Shown here: one piece after another, positions 63,601 through 64,000 of the stretch
Layout: the number at the start of each line of letters is the position of its first letter
Numbering within the stretch: position 1 is the first letter of the stretch
NCBI RefSeq assembly: GCF_964204645.1
Contig: NC_134031.1
Coordinates: 10,728,088-10,792,087, forward strand
Origin: Tubulanus polymorphus
Taxonomy: Eukaryota; Animalia; Nemertea
Direction: 5' to 3'
DNA: 64,000 bases
The notes under the pieces: generated by a model
What the model was told of the DNA's origin: nothing
The model's database searches: none
What the model saw: only the letters and a program-made list of their open reading frames with translations
Translations under genes and position numbers: made by a program

Positions 63601-63676
63601 AATGTAATGCGCCGACAATGCCACAAAATAATGAAAAAATTCATCATAATCGCCTGAATTGAGAATTTCTTCTTTT
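3252..63676 (-). CDS. UBR4: E3 ubiquitin-protein ligase UBR4 (p600), N-terminal portion; 18 spliced exons in window, gene incomplete at both ends
   Basis: All exons are bounded by GT/AG on the minus strand and the phases chain consistently, giving 3343 nt with no stop codon. The translation carries motifs I recognise from metazoan UBR4 in the correct order: FVALSAHYI, LPLLEPLN..RL, NSTRAGGH, QNFHMLGTWCLL, FGVLS, DSNTFYEDDFSSSD...SEPILGHWFEET, LWPL, NVEHMQLLLFLFH, PLLLSRLLLLFDY, PRFY, HYYFLVCWRLL..LPPS, LHTLRW. Confidence 0.95.
3774..4009 (+). pseudogene. CR1/L2-type LINE reverse transcriptase fragment, copy 1
   Basis: VDFDEAFDKAQHQPLLNRLLGNSINDRSPKWLSSYL, then a frameshift, then SGVTQGSIVSCLLFNVLANDI. 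Confidence 0.8.
5075..5480. mobile_element. MITE with about 120-bp TIRs and a 7-bp target duplication
   Basis: TACGGAAGCGATAAGGGGCC...GGCCCTTTATCGCTTCCGTA; CTATATC at 5068-5074 and 5481-5487; a further half copy at about 4820-4978. Confidence 0.85.
5570..6155. repeat. 31-bp minisatellite array (AATTGTCGCGGGCGATAAAACCAAAATAATG)
   Basis: Direct tandem repeat; closes about 100 bp later with a TIR-like end GGCCCTTATCAGCCACCATA related to the 5075 MITE termini. Confidence 0.95.
7549..7783 (+). pseudogene. CR1/L2-type LINE reverse transcriptase fragment, copy 2
   Basis: VDFNKAFDKAQH..., GVTQGSILSRLLFNVLTNDI; same boundaries and same frameshift as copy 1. Confidence 0.8.
7860..10832. repeat. 31-bp minisatellite array, split by an insertion at 8165-9325
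   Basis: Same unit as 5570-6155; source of the spurious long minus-strand ORFs. Confidence 0.95.
8165..9325 (-). mobile_element. Helentron/HINE-like element with 154-bp internal satellite (truncated copy)
   Basis: AACTAGGGGGTCCAGGGACACC hairpin end, tandem 154-155-bp units starting TTCAACGCCCCCTGG, conserved core shared with 58337-59582. Confidence 0.8.
11261..11927. repeat. Interspersed repeat, inverted copy of 54243-54886
   Basis: Near-identical reverse complement (both give the MQFKSSFITR.FRVVENLASPGPNP pseudo-ORF); inserted in a repeat whose uninterrupted form is at about 19110-19270. Confidence 0.9.
12646..12863 (-). CDS. UBR4: UBR4 exon: (D)VEMNPRFYNLAPPDF...LLAAGSKYKPSTVPGEKTSAL
   Basis: tctatag acceptor, gtaagc donor, 218 nt, phase 1 to 0. 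Confidence 0.92.
13455..13572 (-). CDS. UBR4: UBR4 exon: VQLNLFGIKSHEMADSVFESHFTCKEVEDNYRKTVTDVA
   Basis: tttacag acceptor, gtaagt donor, 118 nt, phase 0 to 1. Confidence 0.9.
14448..14677 (-). CDS. UBR4: UBR4 exon: (D)VNVEHMQLLLFLFHS...PLLLSRLLLLFDYMLHYLYDPPKGLIAQ
   Basis: ttttgtag acceptor, gtaaac donor, 230 nt, phase 1 to 0. Confidence 0.94.
14958..15198 (-). CDS. UBR4: UBR4 exon: DFWLCQLGVNLVGEELWPLTVYPRTLALLAEIILLRQQRE...EAME
   Basis: atcgaag acceptor, gtatgt donor, 241 nt, phase 0 to 1. Confidence 0.92.
15317..16291. mobile_element. TTAA-flanked non-autonomous DNA transposon (Kolobok-like), short deletion derivative
   Basis: TTAA-AGGGTAACTGACAC...GTGTCAGTTACCCT-TTAA; collinear with 31170-33756 minus internal segments. 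Confidence 0.85.
16617..16699 (-). CDS. UBR4: UBR4 exon: (G)IAGDFSIALVRFNHCLVSSDIVNKTLM
   Basis: ttttttag acceptor, gtcagt donor, 83 nt, phase 1 to 0. Confidence 0.82.
17881..18054. mobile_element. Tc1/mariner (Tigger/pogo-like) MITE
   Basis: TA-CAGTGGAACCTCGTTA...TAACGAGGTATCACTG-TA. Confidence 0.85.
18339..18507 (-). CDS. UBR4: UBR4 exon: YISLASGILNFYTSHLIGSSCSEVKQYLSDSLNEESLVAVAQVIKDIEKDASNGLT
   Basis: tgtttctag acceptor, gtatat donor, 169 nt, phase 0 to 1; absent from ORF track. Confidence 0.88.
18884..19041 (-). CDS. UBR4: UBR4 exon: (G)HWFEETLSTETPSSPTP...LQKKESDG
   Basis: aacgtag acceptor, gtttgt donor, 158 nt, phase 1 to 0. Confidence 0.88.
19292..20437. mobile_element. hAT-like non-autonomous element with 6-bp TSD
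   Basis: TIR CAGACCTGCTTACCC / GGGTAAGCAGGTCTG; ACAAGG at 19286-19291 and 20438-20443. Confidence 0.85.
20600..20643 (+). ncRNA. Minimal type I hammerhead ribozyme motif (variant core)
   Basis: CUGACGA (20605-11), extra U, stem II GAUCUC/GAGAUC with 6-nt loop, GAAA, loopless palindromic stem III AC-GU, cleavage triplet GUC ending 20638, stem I UAAAC/GUGUA with one mismatch. Confidence 0.7.
20602..20765 (+). mobile_element. Penelope-like retroelement pseudo-LTR fragment
   Basis: 11-bp TSD TCTATCTCTTA (20591-20601, 20766-20776); hammerhead core at the 5' end; T-rich body with AATAAA at 20669. Confidence 0.8.
21159..21306 (-). CDS. UBR4: UBR4 exon: GMTIKHQQ...DSNTFYEDDFSSSDGSSDYNDSEPIL
   Basis: ttttcag acceptor, gtacag donor, 148 nt, phase 0 to 1. 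Confidence 0.92.
21657..21972 (+). mobile_element. tRNA-derived SINE with conserved central domain and L2-like tail
   Basis: A-box-like TGGGCGAGTGGTTAGAGC and B-box-like GTTTGAACCC; central GTGTCCTCGGGCAAGACAC...CCACCCAGTTGTAAATGGGT (CORE/Meta type); tail GAGCG..TGAG..GGATA...TATAAAT..ATTATT. Confidence 0.8.
22205..22339 (-). CDS. UBR4: UBR4 exon: ISPLKTEAELTIKGEFTAWQRAKKIFTSINLTSLLLSLMRSSYNK
   Basis: tatacag acceptor, gtaact donor, 135 nt, phase 0 to 0; preceded by an 85-nt intron. Confidence 0.88.
22425..22533 (-). CDS. UBR4: UBR4 exon: SVGCSFGVLSCALSVHALTTLTLLMEDVQIEENSGK
   Basis: tttgtag acceptor, gtacca donor, 109 nt, phase 2 to 0. Confidence 0.85.
25905..26043. repeat. Perfect 67-bp tandem duplication
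   Basis: ATTTATCCATTCACTATCAAATG...GGCCTCTCAGC occurs twice. Confidence 0.95.
26060..26453 (-). mobile_element. Second HINE-like family, (GACA)n end
   Basis: (CAGA)n microsatellite then hairpin GATGGGTTCGTC-TGAC-GACGAAACCCATC; other copies at 36750-37017 plus 47207-47346 (split) and 62270-62760. Confidence 0.75.
29172..29503 (-). CDS. UBR4: UBR4 exon: NLQNFHMLGTWCLLSGIQHILNLSP...RPTSAK
   Basis: ttttttatag acceptor, gtaaga donor, 332 nt, phase 0 to 2. Confidence 0.92.
31170..33756. mobile_element. TTAA-flanked Kolobok-like element, longer copy
   Basis: Same TIRs and TTAA flanks; the left end is duplicated at 30866 by a 304-bp tandem duplication. Confidence 0.85.
34007..34437. mobile_element. 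Unclassified MITE
   Basis: TIR ACGGTACAGCCTAGAAG.AAC.TAACTC and its reverse complement; ends 45 bp from a UBR4 splice donor. Confidence 0.8.
34483..34762 (-). CDS. UBR4: UBR4 exon: FQLLLQDIQIVREVFSLPLLEPLNVSRL...AIQNSTRAGGH
   Basis: tgtttcag acceptor, gtatgt donor, 280 nt, phase 2 to 0. Confidence 0.93.
37675..39980 (+). repeat. 64-bp tandem array, about 36 units (left arm)
   Basis: CAGTATCACTGGTAACAGTGGTATCGGGGTAGCAGTAGTATCACCGGTCTCCAGAAGGATCGGG. Confidence 0.95.
41011..41667. mobile_element. MULE-like MITE
   Basis: Inverted ends built of 16-bp CTATGTTCCCCGGG subrepeats; GTCGAAAG(G/C) 9-bp flanking duplication. Confidence 0.75.
41766..42432. mobile_element. MITE-like element with GGTAAAAATCCCC subterminal repeats; right half also present at about 39995-40282
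   Basis: Inverted termini visible; TSD not clear. Confidence 0.55.
42744..43486. mobile_element. MULE-like MITE
   Basis: About 110-bp TIRs of 15-bp ATACCTCCGCCCAAA subrepeats; ATTTACAC(G/A) 9-bp flanking duplication. Confidence 0.8.
44349..44489. mobile_element. PIF/Harbinger-like MITE
   Basis: GGGGCCAGTTGCA.AGTT...AACTGTGCAACTGGCCCC with internal CTTAAGACCA repeats. Confidence 0.75.
44718..45305 (-). repeat. 64-bp tandem array, about 9 units (right arm, inverted)
   Basis: Reverse complement of the left-arm unit. Confidence 0.95.
47647..47837 (-). CDS. UBR4: UBR4 exon: VKSCFADHNVQIIQNDGGREMLLEMCLQNLPFLRRY...EALSIKN
   Basis: ttcag acceptor, gtaata donor, 191 nt, phase 0 to 2. Confidence 0.9.
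47907..49230 (-). mobile_element. Same HINE family, near-complete copy with a nested insert at about 48258-48410
   Basis: Sequence similarity to 58337-59582. Confidence 0.8.
50395..51120 (-). mobile_element. Same HINE family, partial copy
   Basis: One satellite unit plus core through CTACGGA.GGACG. Confidence 0.78.
52185..52501 (+). mobile_element. 5' LTR of an LTR retrotransposon (probably Ty3/Gypsy)
   Basis: TGTCAC...GTGACA termini, internal TATAAATA and AATAAA, followed by a primer-binding site. Confidence 0.85.
52504..52520 (+). promoter_or_regulatory. tRNA-Pro primer-binding site
   Basis: TGGGGGCTCGTCCGGGA is complementary to 17 nt of the 3' end of tRNA-Pro, 2 nt after the LTR end. 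Confidence 0.9.
52760..54180. repeat. 28-bp tandem array in the LTR-element leader (CCGCTTAATACGTGTTGCATGTTACYRT), split by a piggyBac insertion
   Basis: The array continues in register on both sides of 52929-53938. Confidence 0.9.
52929..53938 (+). mobile_element. Internally deleted piggyBac element
   Basis: TTAA-CCCTTTCAAT.CCAC...GTGG.ATTGAAAGGG-TTAA; acidic N-terminal-like ORF stub (MATAMKKTIWLDETVQQLVYDADS...) and a decayed Cys-containing tail (CLICKP). Confidence 0.88.
54243..54886. repeat. Interspersed repeat, inverted copy of 11261-11927
   Basis: See partner copy. Confidence 0.9.
54887..55293 (-). mobile_element. Same HINE family, core plus microsatellite end
   Basis: Core, GACG repeats and AAGTCCCAAGTGGGC terminus. 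Confidence 0.78.
55514..55668 (-). CDS. UBR4: UBR4 exon: (V)DPMKSDVKQEKKLRFPVTFDIFSQLNSAFNEAAYKVKSPLYSTVVPHGNDN
   Basis: tttcag acceptor, gtaagt donor, 155 nt, phase 1 to 0; restores the frame needed for the next exon. Confidence 0.82.
55809..55941 (-). CDS. UBR4: UBR4 exon: ACMMSLVRGLCRGEAALSKSDTMTITALLKSAGIPICDKPPADK
   Basis: tttccag acceptor, gtttga donor, 133 nt, phase 0 to 1; matches the recalled UBR4 LIKGLCTG..L.R..I..FTAMMKSAKLP pattern. Confidence 0.88.
56330..56436 (-). CDS. UBR4: UBR4 exon: (I)NKTDLPDALNASQILLQFLLNKLKNQDEQVVILSK
   Basis: ttgtag acceptor, gtaatc donor, 107 nt, phase 1 to 0. Confidence 0.88.
57418..57467. repeat. (TA)n microsatellite / AT-rich tract
   Basis: Direct reading. 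Confidence 0.85.
57510..58322 (-). mobile_element. Two further truncated copies of the same HINE family (starts at about 57510 and 58090)
   Basis: Each starts AACTAGGGG followed by 154-bp units; shorter fragments also at about 21347, 34835-35306 and 56978. Confidence 0.75.
58337..59582 (-). mobile_element. Complete Helentron/HINE (pearl/DINE-1 architecture) element with 154-bp satellite
   Basis: Subterminal inverted repeats CCCACTTGGGA (about 58361) and TCCCAAGTGAG (about 59565), palindrome GGGACT-AA-AGTCCC, (GACG)n microsatellite, terminal hairpin plus CTAG, A/T-rich insertion context, no TSD. Confidence 0.85.
59590..60307 (-). mobile_element. Helitron remnant: 5' end fused to the RepHel helicase C-terminus
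   Basis: Minus strand starts A|TCTATACTATAA at 60307; decayed TVNKAQGQSFRYIGLDFQNSPFTHG..SLSRV and QTKNIVYSEIF match Pif1-like helicase motifs V-VI and the RepHel tail. Confidence 0.75.
61230..61600 (+). mobile_element. DIRS-like (tyrosine recombinase) retrotransposon remnant, internally deleted
   Basis: VAGRIKDFFSFWETLTSDKSILNLVLGYNIEW..PP matches the start of DIRS pol ORFs; joined in frame to FGAPEIDLFA; a basic gag-like tail RGQHQRK* just upstream. Confidence 0.7.
62270..62760 (-). mobile_element. Second HINE-like family, uninterrupted copy
   Basis: Provides the empty-site sequence AGAATATATGTACCAAT for the 37018 insertion. Confidence 0.75.
63582..63676 (-). CDS. UBR4: UBR4 exon (first in window, probably exon 2): KEEILNSGDYDEFFHYFVALSAHYIGASASN
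   Basis: tttacag acceptor, gtaagt donor, 95 nt, phase 2 to 1; similar to UBR4 EILHHEKQYEPFYSSFVALSTHYI; absent from ORF track. Confidence 0.9.
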
Positions 63677-64000
63677 CTGTAAATAATATGAAAATTTCAA
63701 AGTAAACAAGAAACCCATTGGCAGTGCTAGGCCTACTAGAAGACTCGACTGTTACAACAAAACCTCACTATAGTGAACAAATTACTACTTCACTACAAGG
63801 AGGTATAATGCAACTCTGTACCAGAAAAAAATGTTCACTGTTCACAATCAGGTGTCCAATATAGGGAGGTACTGATGTATTATGTATTCCATATAGGAAA
63901 ATTTTATGACCGAGCAAATGTTGCTTGAAGGAATTGGATGGCCTAGCTCAGCCAGATTTGATAGTTCTTCAAAATCACAGGTGGCCTAAAAATGACAAAC

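Overview
This window is eukaryotic (animal, AT-rich) genomic DNA, not a prokaryotic locus. It lies entirely inside one large minus-strand gene, the N-terminal part of the giant N-degron E3 ligase UBR4/p600. I could trace 18 consecutive GT-AG exons (63676 down to 3252; 3343 nt, about 1114 codons) whose phases chain without a break. Exon 1 lies beyond 64000 and the rest of the gene continues below position 1. About 95% of the window is intron, packed with degenerate and often nested transposons. Retroelements: a LINE, a tRNA-SINE, a tRNA-Pro-primed LTR, a DIRS remnant, and a 164-bp Penelope-like pseudo-LTR carrying a minimal hammerhead ribozyme. Rolling-circle elements: a Helitron remnant and many Helentron/HINE-like satellite-carrying elements. 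Cut-and-paste elements: hAT-, Kolobok-, piggyBac-, MULE-, Harbinger- and mariner-like elements, plus a 7.9-kb foldback element with satellite-filled arms. Most ORFs in the supplied track are repeat artefacts or antisense shadows. The strongest observations are the hammerhead-bearing insertion with its empty site in the same window, the four-level nested foldback, a HINE that has captured and duplicated a LINE RT fragment, and the uniform orientation of rolling-circle elements versus retroelements relative to the host gene. I found no evidence for a wholly new protein-coding system. Family assignments are from recalled motifs, not database searches.
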